DNA of 64,000 nucleotides from Patescibacteria group bacterium (lineage in GTDB: Bacteria; Patescibacteriota; Minisyncoccia; Phycocordibacterales; UBA2100), in NCBI GenBank assembly GCA_038064535.1, contig JBBTSX010000005.1:13051-77050 (forward strand), given 5' to 3'. Positions 29,460-39,136 of the stretch are shown here, in pieces. Both the position numbers and the translations under genes were made by a program. A model generated the notes under the pieces. The model worked only from the letters and a program-made list of their open reading frames with translations, had not been told where the DNA came from and did no database searches. Positions within the stretch are counted from its first letter, which is position 1. Every line of letters starts with the position of its first letter.

Positions 29460-31709
29460 ATGTCATTTCAAGAAGCTTCACGTTGGGTACTTGTCGCCGT
29501 TTTCCTTGTGGCGGGACAGTGGGCGTTCTCTTTTCCCGTCCGGCAACAGCAGGCCGCATTTCTGGCGCAAGCGGCGACTCCGGTGGTTTGTCAGAGTAAG
29601 ACAAAGGCGCCAAGTGTTGAAGAAGAGTGCAGGCCGGGTTGCGAGTACTTCGTGCGGCCGAGCTACTCCAAGCAGGGGTCCGTGGATGTCATCGCATCCG
29701 TCTCGGACCCCACGGGCAAACTGCCCGGCATCGTGAAGTACAAAGACGGCAAAGGCACCGTCATCATGCTGTGCAACGGGACGGTGGGAAAGTCGCTCGA
29801 CAATCACGCGGGAGTTCTACAGTCGGGAGCACCTCTTCAGCCACAGGGACAGGAAATCACGACACTTCTAACGGGAGTGCCAACCCCCGCATCCGGTTAT
29901 TCCGGAGTCAGCGAGGCCTTTTCGGTCTCGGGTGGATATACGCCGACTCCGCTTGAGCACCGCGAATCAGTTCCGAGTGATTTCTTCGGCGCAGGGTCTT
30001 CGGGCTCGCTCGGAGCCGCGCCCAACCCCGCCGTGAGTTTCGACGGCTATCTCGGGGGGAACTACTGCCTCGGGCAGTTTTGTCCTGTAGAAGGAGAGGG
30101 CGTGCAACGGAATTTTGATGCGCTACCGAATGACGGAAACCCGAATACGAACCCTTTCGGAAACATCGCGGAAATGAACTCCGCTCGCGTTCCGCAAAAT
30201 GTCGGCATAGAGAACGCGCTAATCGCGGACAGGGCGCGTCTGAACATGTCCACAGACGTGCGGATGAATTCCGCCGTAGAGCAGTGGAGCGGTTTCGAGC
30301 GGAGTGGACAATTGGATCGGCCACAGTATGAGGGCGTCGATGGTGAGCGCACGGTCGCTCAGTCAATCAATGCGGCCGTCCGCGACTATGCGCAACAGGA
30401 TGTCGGCTACGCCGTAGCGCAGGTGACCGGAGAAACCGCCGCGGGCGAGCCGGGTGTGTTAGTTTCGTACACGAAGGACGGAGTGCTCGCGCGCGACCCG
30501 TACGACGGCTCGCTTCTGTTCGCTCACACCAAAGAGCAATTGCCGGTTCTCTACACGGCAGAGGGTGAGGCGGTGCCGACGTCGAATCAGTCCGGAGAGT
30601 GGTTGGGGGTGATGAAGGAGAGGATTCAGACTCCGGCGGAGTTGCGGGAATTTGAGAGGGCATATACCGGAACCTATTCGGCGGTATTTACGCCCGCCGA
30701 TATCAAGGTTCCCGGATTGAACCTCAATATGTTACCGGATGATGTGAGGAACAGACTCGATAGTTATGCGAGATGGGACGGCAACGGTCCGGAGTCGATG
30801 GGCGCATCAAACGATGTGATTATACGCAGCTTGAGCGGAGAGGAGAAGTTACGAATATCAGATGACGTATTTCGGGCTATCCAAACACACGAGAACGAGG
30901 TTTACGGCATCGACGCGACCGCGAGTCGTATCGAGCGCGACACGCAAGGGAAAATGAATCTCAACATCTCCGGCCTTCCGCAAGAGACAAGTGCCGGGGG
31001 CGCGCTTGCTCCAGCGTACGCGCTCGTGCCACTGCCCGGCGAGTTACGGGCGTGGACGGCAAGCGCTATTGAAACCGAACTGGGCAAATACCCGCCGGAG
31101 TATTGGGAGAATGCGAACAAGGGTGCCCTATACGACTTTATGCCGCGCCCTGATATGCAGGGTGTTGTGCGGGAGGGCGGACATGCGACCGCTCCCGGGG
31201 ATCCCAAGGCGCATATGTATATCAATGGCTTGAATAGCGCCGCCGGTATTGCAGTAATCCTTAATCACGAACTCTCCCACTACAACGATAACAAGACTTT
31301 TGTGTCGGACAGCACATTCGGAACTGTAGTATACGGGTCATCGTACGGAATGTCGTATGCGGGCTCCAGCGGGTACGAAGCCATCACGTCGGGGAAGTTT
31401 GACATAGGACGACCCGATGGGTTCGCGGACAGTTACGGCTACCGCGGCGGCGTGCAGGAAGACAAAGCGAGCATCGTGGAAGCGATGTTCACCAATTATT
31501 CTGTCGTTCGAGAAGCGATGCTGACGGACCCGATTCTCGCCCAGAAGGTACAGATTCTCCAAAGCGGATTTGAAAAAAGCACGAACGGCGTCATGAATGA
31601 GGCCTACTGGCAGAATCTAAAACCGATTGACCCGTGGTACCGCCTGTCTCCCGCGGTGTCGAGACCGAATTTCTTCCGGACATTGCTATCGAAACTTTGG
31701 TTCAAATAG
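29460..31709 (+). CDS. large secreted protein with HExxH motif (putative zincin-like metallopeptidase), paralog A
   Basis: Signal peptide. HELSH motif, then a conserved Y.GG..E.KA block shared with the 32118 ORF. Confidence 0.6.
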   Translation: MSFQEASRWVLVAVFLVAGQWAFSFPVRQQQAAFLAQAATPVVCQSKTKAPSVEEECRPGCEYFVRPSYSKQGSVDVIASVSDPTGKLPGIVKYKDGKGTVIMLCNGTVGKSLDNHAGVLQSGAPLQPQGQEITTLLTGVPTPASGYSGVSEAFSVSGGYTPTPLEHRESVPSDFFGAGSSGSLGAAPNPAVSFDGYLGGNYCLGQFCPVEGEGVQRNFDALPNDGNPNTNPFGNIAEMNSARVPQNVGIENALIADRARLNMSTDVRMNSAVEQWSGFERSGQLDRPQYEGVDGERTVAQSINAAVRDYAQQDVGYAVAQVTGETAAGEPGVLVSYTKDGVLARDPYDGSLLFAHTKEQLPVLYTAEGEAVPTSNQSGEWLGVMKERIQTPAELREFERAYTGTYSAVFTPADIKVPGLNLNMLPDDVRNRLDSYARWDGNGPESMGASNDVIIRSLSGEEKLRISDDVFRAIQTHENEVYGIDATASRIERDTQGKMNLNISGLPQETSAGGALAPAYALVPLPGELRAWTASAIETELGKYPPEYWENANKGALYDFMPRPDMQGVVREGGHATAPGDPKAHMYINGLNSAAGIAVILNHELSHYNDNKTFVSDSTFGTVVYGSSYGMSYAGSSGYEAITSGKFDIGRPDGFADSYGYRGGVQEDKASIVEAMFTNYSVVREAMLTDPILAQKVQILQSGFEKSTNGVMNEAYWQNLKPIDPWYRLSPAVSRPNFFRTLLSKLWFK

Positions 31710-32103
31710 TATTCTGCTGAGTGCCGGCGGCTCCTCTTTGCACGAGCATGCCCGCTATCGCCGCCACGATTATAGGTATAAGGAGAATGACACCGTAGCT
31801 GATGAGATTGAATGATGTGCCCAATGACTCTATTCCGGCAACGGGGACGACGAGCACAACGTCGAGCGCGATATATATGAGAGCCCAGATAGCGCCGTAC
31901 ACCCATGCGTTTGCATTTGTCGCGTCGACAAATCTCGTCGCGAAGAATGTCATGAGCGCGGTTACCGCGTAGCTCGCGAGTTGTGCCTGTATCCCGTACA
32001 CAAAATCGTACGTCGTCATCAGAGACCACAACATAAACACCGTCGCGTAGATGAAAAATCCGGCAGCTGTTAAATATCGGTAGTTGACCTGCATACCATC
32101 CAA
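31702..32103 (-). CDS. small polytopic membrane protein, paralog B
   Basis: 133 aa; paralog of 29049..29435; divergent from the 32118 gene. Confidence 0.55.
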   Translation of the reverse strand: MDGMQVNYRYLTAAGFFIYATVFMLWSLMTTYDFVYGIQAQLASYAVTALMTFFATRFVDATNANAWVYGAIWALIYIALDVVLVVPVAGIESLGTSFNLISYGVILLIPIIVAAIAGMLVQRGAAGTQQNTI

Positions 32104-32117
32104 TATACCATTGCCTC

Positions 32118-34478
32118 ATGAAGCGCAATGCGAATGGAAGAACATCCGCTTTTGTTCTAGTCGCCGTCGCGTTGTCTCTCGGCACGGGGGCGACCCTCTT
32201 TGTTGGCGAGGCATCACGACTCTCCGGATTCGACGGACTCCAGCTGGTCGCACAGGCGGCCGCATCCGCGGAACCCTCGAGTACGATTACGAAGGATGTT
32301 TTGAAGCACCCGTGTGAGAGCGGATATCTCTACGAAATCCTTACCGCACCGGCGGGCTCCAAGGAACCGTTCTCAATAAAAAAGTCGCCGAATCCAAACG
32401 ATCCCGAAAAACGGTGGTCCGGAGTCGTGAAATTCAGGAAACCGGCGAGAACCGCGGGAGGGAAAGCGACAATTACGACCATGTCGTGTTCCGGCGGAGC
32501 CGCCGCGTCCATGCTCACGCTGATGAAAGAAACTTCATCTTACGGAGGCGGGGTGGCGTTGTCCTATACCGATTTTGCCGTCAACACGCCGCTCGACCCG
32601 CGGAATACCGACCAGCTGACCTCCGCGTTTACGCCTCCGGCCAACAACACGAATACGGCGGTCGCGCCCGCCGGCAATCTCGACAAGACTCCGCCCGTCG
32701 TGGGGGAGATGCCGGCGGGCGCGACCGCACCTCCGGCAAATCGTGAACTGTATGAAGAAAACAATCAGGGCACAATCGCTCCTCCCGCAAAGAATTCCTC
32801 CGGACGGACGTCATCCGAGTGTCCTACGTGCGGAGTCGAGTTAAGAAGTTCACCGAGTTCCCCCGCCGCGCCCCCGGCCGGTTCGCCCACTCCGGAATAT
32901 ATAACCAATCTCAATAACCGCGTTTCGAGTGTCGCGACCGCCGCTCTCGAGAAACATCCGGACGTGGCGGCATTTGGCGGTGCGGATGTCGTCAAGGCGT
33001 GCGTCGCCGCACAAAATTGCGATGAGGTGGTACCGAAGACGAAGGGAATTGAATCGTTCTTCAAGACAGAAAACGACGCCAACGAAAAATATTCAAAAAT
33101 CGTATCGGATACCACGTATGCGGCAATCAAGGCGCAACCCGGGCTCGGTTCTGTCGACCGCCCGAATCAGGAAATTGCGCGGGCGTTGAGCATGATAAAT
33201 CTGGAGAGCGGTAGCTCGTGGCGCGGCGGGAGCAATGAGAACTGGGGACGAACCACGTTTAATCTGAACGACGCGGATAACCCGGCGTTCATGTGGACCG
33301 ACAAGATGCAAGCTACGAACAGAACCCCCTCCGACATTGTCGTGTACAAAGGCGACGGTTCCAGTGTGAGCGTGCGGGCGAACGGCGAGCTGGTAAACCC
33401 GGGCGGATTCGTCTCACAGGTGGAGGACAGGATTACTACGGAGAAGACGTACAATGAGTTTTTCTCGGCGATGGTCGGGGCCAACAAATCCGCCGCCGAT
33501 AAGGCCAACTTCACGTTGGAAGATTCTTCGCTCCCTGCCGGCGAGAGGACCGTAAAGGTGGTGAACGATACCCGCGTTCAGTTGGCGACTCTCCCGGAGA
33601 AGGCCTATGGGGCACTGCAGGGGTGGGGCGATAGGGTATACGAAAACAACTTCCAGGACGAAATAAAGAAGGCGACGGAGGGCAAACTGTCGTTTGTTCC
33701 ATCTGGCGCCTTTCCCAAAGACGTCAATATTGACTTCAGGTTTGCGCCCGCGGGGGCCCTCTCGCCACTGACGCCGGACCAGCGGTATGAAAAACAGGAA
33801 GCATTACTGGCGGCGGTCCAACGGTATACGCCGGAGTATTGGGCAAACCTTCGCGAACCCGCAATACTCGCCGATTTCGGTACGATTCCCGGTAATGCAC
33901 AGGTCAAAGCGGGGGCATATACGGGTCTCGGGACCGGCAACATGCGCATGTGGATCAACGGTAACTACCCGACGGACTGGCTGAATGCTTCCTTTGATCA
34001 CGAGACTCTGCATCTCGTGGAAGGACCGAGCGGAAGCCGTTTCTATCCGTCGGACAGGGAGTGGGGAACAACAATGTTTGGTGAACAGTACGGAAGAGTG
34101 TACACAGCGGAGTCGGGGGTGGACTCCATGGCCGCGGGAGGGACGACGGGTTCCTCCGACTGTTCGCAGTTCAACCGGCCGGAGGGGTTCCCCACATGCT
34201 ACGCCTATAAGGGCGGTCCGACCGAGCATAAGGCGGACATGCAAAAATTTGTGATGGGCAATTATGCGCTTGCCCAGCAGGAGGCCCAGAGGAATCCGAC
34301 CTTCAAAAAGGCTTTCGATCTCATGGTGCAAAGTCTCTACAAGGCGTCGAACGGCACGATGACCGTCGAGTACCTGGCGTCTCTTCCCCCGACGCTTCCT
34401 GCCTCGGAGCTCAGACCGGTTAATATTCCGCTGACCATGAGGATCGACATGATTCTCAGGTCGCTCGGTCGCCGGTAG
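32118..34478 (+). CDS. large secreted protein with HExxH motif (putative zincin-like metallopeptidase), paralog B
   Basis: Signal peptide, HETLH motif, C-terminal block homologous to the 29460 ORF. Confidence 0.6.
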   Translation: MKRNANGRTSAFVLVAVALSLGTGATLFVGEASRLSGFDGLQLVAQAAASAEPSSTITKDVLKHPCESGYLYEILTAPAGSKEPFSIKKSPNPNDPEKRWSGVVKFRKPARTAGGKATITTMSCSGGAAASMLTLMKETSSYGGGVALSYTDFAVNTPLDPRNTDQLTSAFTPPANNTNTAVAPAGNLDKTPPVVGEMPAGATAPPANRELYEENNQGTIAPPAKNSSGRTSSECPTCGVELRSSPSSPAAPPAGSPTPEYITNLNNRVSSVATAALEKHPDVAAFGGADVVKACVAAQNCDEVVPKTKGIESFFKTENDANEKYSKIVSDTTYAAIKAQPGLGSVDRPNQEIARALSMINLESGSSWRGGSNENWGRTTFNLNDADNPAFMWTDKMQATNRTPSDIVVYKGDGSSVSVRANGELVNPGGFVSQVEDRITTEKTYNEFFSAMVGANKSAADKANFTLEDSSLPAGERTVKVVNDTRVQLATLPEKAYGALQGWGDRVYENNFQDEIKKATEGKLSFVPSGAFPKDVNIDFRFAPAGALSPLTPDQRYEKQEALLAAVQRYTPEYWANLREPAILADFGTIPGNAQVKAGAYTGLGTGNMRMWINGNYPTDWLNASFDHETLHLVEGPSGSRFYPSDREWGTTMFGEQYGRVYTAESGVDSMAAGGTTGSSDCSQFNRPEGFPTCYAYKGGPTEHKADMQKFVMGNYALAQQEAQRNPTFKKAFDLMVQSLYKASNGTMTVEYLASLPPTLPASELRPVNIPLTMRIDMILRSLGRR

Positions 34479-34503
34479 CTGTTGAGAGATAAGGAACATT
34501 GAT

Positions 34504-37056
34504 ATGCAAACGATCCGTCAACCATTCTCCTCGCGCGGTATGATACTCAACATGACCCGCTCGCAGGCAGTCGGAGGGCTGCTCGTATTCGTAGCGATGT
34601 TCATGTTTGCCGGCGTTACCGACGCAGCCACGACCCCGCCCGACAACTCCAACACCTGTCCTGCATTCGGTAAGACGGGCAAAGGTGCGGAGAAACGCCC
34701 GTGCCGTCCGGGGAGCACGCACAAGGTGGCGTTCGGTGTCGGAGGAAAATATACGCCCGCGGTGGGTGTGAAATCGAGATGTCTCAGCGCAGAACAGGAG
34801 GCACAGTACATCAAGGAACACGGAGCGAGATGTACTGTGGAGTACTGCACACCGGCTCAAGACGGCAAAGAGAAGTGCACAAAGAAAACAGTCAAGATTG
34901 ACCTCAACAAACCGGACCCATACGGCGGAGTCTCCCCGTTCTCGCAACAAGCACAGGCCGACAGCACGCGGTTGGCCGCATACTCGGCGATGAACGATAC
35001 GGCCGCCGCGTACCGCGCGGGCGATACGGCAAAGGTTCAGGAGATTGCAAATCAGACAAAGGCCAATCCCGAGGTCAGCGCCCTCATCAACAGCGCGTTT
35101 TCAAACATCAAAACTACCACTGCGGGAGGTGCCCCCGTCGCTCTCAGCGACCAGGACAAACTCAACGCCGTTATTGCGAGTCTCGACCCGGAGCAGCCCA
35201 CCGTTGCTCAACAGCCCAAAAAAGACGTGGTGACTCCAAAGAGTGAAACCATTGCAGTCGACGTGACATTCGAAAAGCCCCCAAAAGAAACCGCAAACAT
35301 TCCGTGTCCCGCCGGTACACCCTGTGATGCGCCGGCGAAGACCACGGGTCCCGCATCCACCTTCCAGCCCGCCACTGAAGCGAACAAGAAAACGACGACA
35401 CAACCGGCTCAGCAAACGTCGTGGTGGAACACGGCCACCAACAAAGTGAGCGACTATCTTCCCGCTTCCGTGAACCGCTGGCTTGGTCTCGCCAATGCTC
35501 CGACGTTCCGGCCGTACGACCCCCAGACCGACGTGCCGCTTCTGGTGAAGGAAAGCGACTCGGCGTCTTTGAAAGACAAACCACATCTGGACCCATTCGA
35601 CACTGGGAGTCCCATTGTGCTCATGAACAAAGATGTAAGTGTCAGCGGTGGCGAAACTGCATTGCAAGCGATGACAAAGAGACAATCACAAGCTGTGCAG
35701 ACTGCGGACTTTGACCCGGACACGCCGGTCCCTTCCGGCGGCATTGTGGTCACGCCGCTTAGTGCAAACGGCACACCCGATATTGCCGCGTCAAAGGTGA
35801 TGGAAGTGGGAACGTGGAGAGATTTCCTCAACGAGGTGGGGAGCAACCGTGACTACGAGAAAACAGTTATATCGGTGAATATACCGGCTTCGGAGAAGAA
35901 GGCGGAGGCTCCCGCGGGGGTGGACGTCGTGACGACACCGTTCAATGATTTGCCGGCATCAGTGAAGGAAGTGTTTAAGAAACAAGATGAATTAAACAAA
36001 AGTACGATAGTGCCGCCGAGAGTGGCGGATAACCCGCCGCCGCCCGGTAAAGAAATACCGGTAACAGAAGCCGCCCCAGCGGGAAATCCGCAGGATAAAG
36101 ATGAGCCGGTGCCGCCGGCTCAACAACCGCCCACGCCAACCGTTGAACAACCAACGCCACCCACGCCCACGCCGCTTCCTCCCGTCCCCCCGGAGGTGTC
36201 CACGGAAGAACCTACTCCTCCGAAAGAACCGCCAAAGACCGAAGAGCCGAAGCCGGTGGAAGAAAAACCGGTTCAGCCGCCTATACCTATCCTCTCGTCG
36301 CCGACAAAATTAGCGGAATCCGTGCCCACGCCACTACCCGAACCGGAGCTGAAGGACAAACTCCCCACAACCGAAGAGCCGAAGAAAGAAAAACTCCCTA
36401 CGTCCGAACCGGCCGTTCAACCGACGCCGGAAACGCCTGACGACTGCAAGGGTAATATCGACTGCAGGCTCAATGCCCTCAAACAATGGGTGAAGGATTT
36501 GGATAGCCCAAAAGAGCCTCCGAAAGAATCTTCAGTGACCGCCCCGCCATCAGCATCGTCGCTAAACGACATTTTCAATCCATATCCCAAGCGACTTTTC
36601 GGCGAGTCCAATGAAGACTTTGACAAGAGGGTTGACGCATGGAGAGAGCGCTCGAACAGTCAGTCGTTAGAGAGTTTTATAAACAGCCGTGGCGGCCGAG
36701 TGGGTCAATGCGAAAGCTGTCACAATCCCCAGATGGGTGGCGGTGCCGGTCCGCAGACAGACTATGACGGTGTCGGAATCAGAATACAGTACGAAAGAAA
36801 AGAATTTGACGGGAAGGTTTCCCCCGGGGGAATGGTTCTCAGTGTATTCCCTAATACTCCGGCGGAGCGGGCGGGACTGCGGGCGGGCGACTTCTTGTTG
36901 AGTCTTGATAGAGGACGTACGTCTATGATCTCCGGATTTAGGGGGACCCCCGGCACGGCAATCGAAGTCAGGTATATACCGCAGGGCTCGACGGTACAGA
37001 GGACCATAACGGTTAAACGGGCAACCATCCAATGCAGTATCTACGGTTGCCCCTAA
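34504..37056 (+). CDS. large secreted Pro/Lys-rich protein with a C-terminal PDZ domain
   Basis: Signal peptide. Long PT/PE/PK low-complexity region. C-terminal GMVLSVFPNTPAERAGLRAGDFLLSLD PDZ-like segment. Confidence 0.6.
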   Translation: MQTIRQPFSSRGMILNMTRSQAVGGLLVFVAMFMFAGVTDAATTPPDNSNTCPAFGKTGKGAEKRPCRPGSTHKVAFGVGGKYTPAVGVKSRCLSAEQEAQYIKEHGARCTVEYCTPAQDGKEKCTKKTVKIDLNKPDPYGGVSPFSQQAQADSTRLAAYSAMNDTAAAYRAGDTAKVQEIANQTKANPEVSALINSAFSNIKTTTAGGAPVALSDQDKLNAVIASLDPEQPTVAQQPKKDVVTPKSETIAVDVTFEKPPKETANIPCPAGTPCDAPAKTTGPASTFQPATEANKKTTTQPAQQTSWWNTATNKVSDYLPASVNRWLGLANAPTFRPYDPQTDVPLLVKESDSASLKDKPHLDPFDTGSPIVLMNKDVSVSGGETALQAMTKRQSQAVQTADFDPDTPVPSGGIVVTPLSANGTPDIAASKVMEVGTWRDFLNEVGSNRDYEKTVISVNIPASEKKAEAPAGVDVVTTPFNDLPASVKEVFKKQDELNKSTIVPPRVADNPPPPGKEIPVTEAAPAGNPQDKDEPVPPAQQPPTPTVEQPTPPTPTPLPPVPPEVSTEEPTPPKEPPKTEEPKPVEEKPVQPPIPILSSPTKLAESVPTPLPEPELKDKLPTTEEPKKEKLPTSEPAVQPTPETPDDCKGNIDCRLNALKQWVKDLDSPKEPPKESSVTAPPSASSLNDIFNPYPKRLFGESNEDFDKRVDAWRERSNSQSLESFINSRGGRVGQCESCHNPQMGGGAGPQTDYDGVGIRIQYERKEFDGKVSPGGMVLSVFPNTPAERAGLRAGDFLLSLDRGRTSMISGFRGTPGTAIEVRYIPQGSTVQRTITVKRATIQCSIYGCP

Positions 37057-37088
37057 GGACTGGTATCAGCCAGCGTACGACGCGAGTA

Positions 37089-38099
37089 TCATAGTAATGA
37101 CGACTCCGATGGTGTAGTGATACCCAAATGCTCGTATGCTTTCGTCGTTGCTGTACGACCTCTTGGAGTCCTCTCCAGCAATCCGTTTTGCATCAGGTAC
37201 GGCTCGTTCACTTCTTCTATCGTTGCTTCTTCTTCCGAGAGCGCGGCCGCAATCGTTTTCAGGCCCACGGGGCCGCCGCCGAATTTCTCGATGATGACGG
37301 TGAGAATGTCGCGGTCCGTCTGGTTGAGTCCGCCCTCATCTATTTCGAGAAGTGCGAGCGCTTTTTTCACCGTCTTGAGGTCGAGATCCTCTTCATTCAC
37401 CGACGCAAAATCGCGCGCACGCTTCAGCAGATAGTTCGCGGTGCGCGGCGTCGAGCGCGAGCGGTGCGAGATTTCCATCAGCGAATCCGCGTCAATGACG
37501 ATGTTCAGTATTTTTGCCGAGCGGCGGAGGATTTCGGCGATTTCCGCGTCGGTGTAGTACTGCAGGCGGAACGTGCCGCCGGAAAAACGCGAGCGGAGTG
37601 GTGCGCTAAGCATCGAAATTCTTGTTGTTGCAGAAATCAGGGTGAACGGAGGGAGCTCTAATTGCACGGTGCGCGCGGCAGGACCTTTGCCTATCACAAT
37701 ATCGAGCACACCCGCTTCCATCGCGGGGTAGAGGACTTCTTCAATCGTGTGATTGAGGCGGTGGATTTCATCTATAAATAGAACATCACCCGGCGAGAGG
37801 TTGGTCAGTATCGAGGCGAGGTCGCCAACGCGCTCGATGGCGGGGCCGGAAGTGCTGCGCAAATTTGCGCCGAGTTCTTTGGCGATGAGGTGCGCGAGCG
37901 TGGTCTTGCCCAAGCCGGGCGGCCCGTAGAGGAGGACGTGCTCGGGCTGATGATTGCGGCCCTTGGCTGCCGTGAGAAGGATGCGGAGGTTTTCTTTGAT
38001 ACCCTCCTGACCCACGTATTCAGCCCACGAAACAGGGCGAAGCGCCTGGTCGAGGGAACGGGGAGACTTTTCTATTGAATTTTCGGCTTGCTTGGTCAT
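37089..38099 (-). CDS. ruvB: Holliday junction branch migration ATPase RuvB
   Basis: AAA+ motifs [17 protein letters not shown] and a C-terminal winged helix. Confidence 0.92.
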   Translation of the reverse strand: MTKQAENSIEKSPRSLDQALRPVSWAEYVGQEGIKENLRILLTAAKGRNHQPEHVLLYGPPGLGKTTLAHLIAKELGANLRSTSGPAIERVGDLASILTNLSPGDVLFIDEIHRLNHTIEEVLYPAMEAGVLDIVIGKGPAARTVQLELPPFTLISATTRISMLSAPLRSRFSGGTFRLQYYTDAEIAEILRRSAKILNIVIDADSLMEISHRSRSTPRTANYLLKRARDFASVNEEDLDLKTVKKALALLEIDEGGLNQTDRDILTVIIEKFGGGPVGLKTIAAALSEEEATIEEVNEPYLMQNGLLERTPRGRTATTKAYEHLGITTPSESSLL

Positions 38100-38187
38100 A
38101 ATTTCGGCTCCTTAGCTCATTATTATGAGGCAAGAAGGCGGATACTTGTCCCGTTAGATGGCTTGAAATAAGCCTATCTAATGGGAT

Positions 38188-38215
38188 TGACAAATGGCTC
38201 TAATATGCTATACTT
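38188..38215 (+). promoter_or_regulatory. strong sigma70-like promoter TTGACA-N16-TATACT in the ruvB upstream region. No plus-strand CDS follows, so it may drive a small RNA.
   Basis: Consensus -35 with near-consensus -10. Downstream 200 nt are lower-GC, structured and non-coding. Confidence 0.35.
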
Positions 38216-38431
38216 CACGCCAGTCCTCCATAGCTTTAGCGACGGAGGATTTCTGTTTTCTCCTGCTTCGCCGAAGGCTTCGCAGGACTCCGGAGACGCA
38301 CAGCTTTGGGCAATGGTGATTTTTCCGAGGACGCGGAGGTTTCGGCTCCCGCTATCCTTAGGTCCTTATCGCAACATTCTCCCGAATGCATTGCCCAAAC
38401 TTGTGCATCTCCATCTGATTTGAACCATAGC

Positions 38432-38531
38432 ACCCCGTTAGAAAATGCAAAGCGCGTTCTTGATTAGGACGCGCTTTGTTCGCATTGGCAAATTATCGGC
38501 CTGTTGTCGTTCACACTAATTTCTAACGGGG
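38432..38531. repeat. palindromic intergenic element, copy 5 (CACCCCGTTAGAAAATGC ... AATTTCTAACGGGGCG) in the ruvB upstream region, with an inner hairpin AAAGCGCG...CGCGCTTT
   Basis: Plus a degenerate solo arm at 38150-38161 (CCCGTTAGATGG). Confidence 0.75.
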
Positions 38532-38566
38532 CGAGCCCGATAGCAGGCGCAAGGGGCTTTGCCTGC

Positions 38567-38600
38567 CCCGTTGGAAGCGAAGCTTTCCAACCGGGGTGGT
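38567..38600. repeat. compact variant of the palindromic element (CCCCGTTGGAAGC-GA-AGCTTTCCAACCGGGG)
   Basis: Tight hairpin with A to G arm variant. Confidence 0.65.
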
Positions 38601-38665
38601 CTAGAAATAAATGAATCTGGCGCCGGCAGAATTGCCGGCGCCGTGTTGTATGAGTACGTGCGCAC

Positions 38666-39070
38666 TCAGTGTTTCTTTTCGAGACGCGTGAGCGTGTCGT
38701 TGACGACTTTCAATGCCACGAGGCGAGTCGGTTCCGACGCCATGCCGGTGACGCCCTCGAAAACTGCCTTCAGGTTTAGCACTCCGGTCAGCCCGAAGTA
38801 TTTCCCGATGGTGAGGCGCACTTCCGGTTCGACAAAGTCCTTGACCATAGTTTCGCTGACCTTGAACAGGTCGCCGAGTTCCGCGGCCCAAGTGTCGTAG
38901 CTGCCGACGCTTCCTTCATTCAGCCTGTTGCGTAACGTGCGAAGAATATTGACCGTCAGCAACCGATGCGCGTCCTGAAAACTTGGCTCCGGTACAACAC
39001 ATGCAGGATTCGCGGGCTTTTTCGGCTCTTGGCGTGATGGTTTGGTCGGGCGTTTCGCTTCCTTCGCCAT
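38666..39070 (-). CDS. hypothetical protein co-oriented with pilB
   Basis: ORF 38666..39133; start re-picked at MAKEAKRPTKPS. Confidence 0.45.
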   Translation of the reverse strand: MAKEAKRPTKPSRQEPKKPANPACVVPEPSFQDAHRLLTVNILRTLRNRLNEGSVGSYDTWAAELGDLFKVSETMVKDFVEPEVRLTIGKYFGLTGVLNLKAVFEGVTGMASEPTRLVALKVVNDTLTRLEKKH

Positions 39071-39136
39071 TGAGGGGTCCCTCCCGTTGGCTTCAACTTC
39101 GCACGTAGTACCACGCGGGGAACAATTGCGCAAAGA

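Noticed and set aside
38181-38423. 80-aa ORF MGLTNGSNMLYF... and 65-aa antisense ORF in the ruvB upstream region
   Set aside because: No homology, atypical composition, embedded among palindromic repeats; more likely non-coding or an sRNA.
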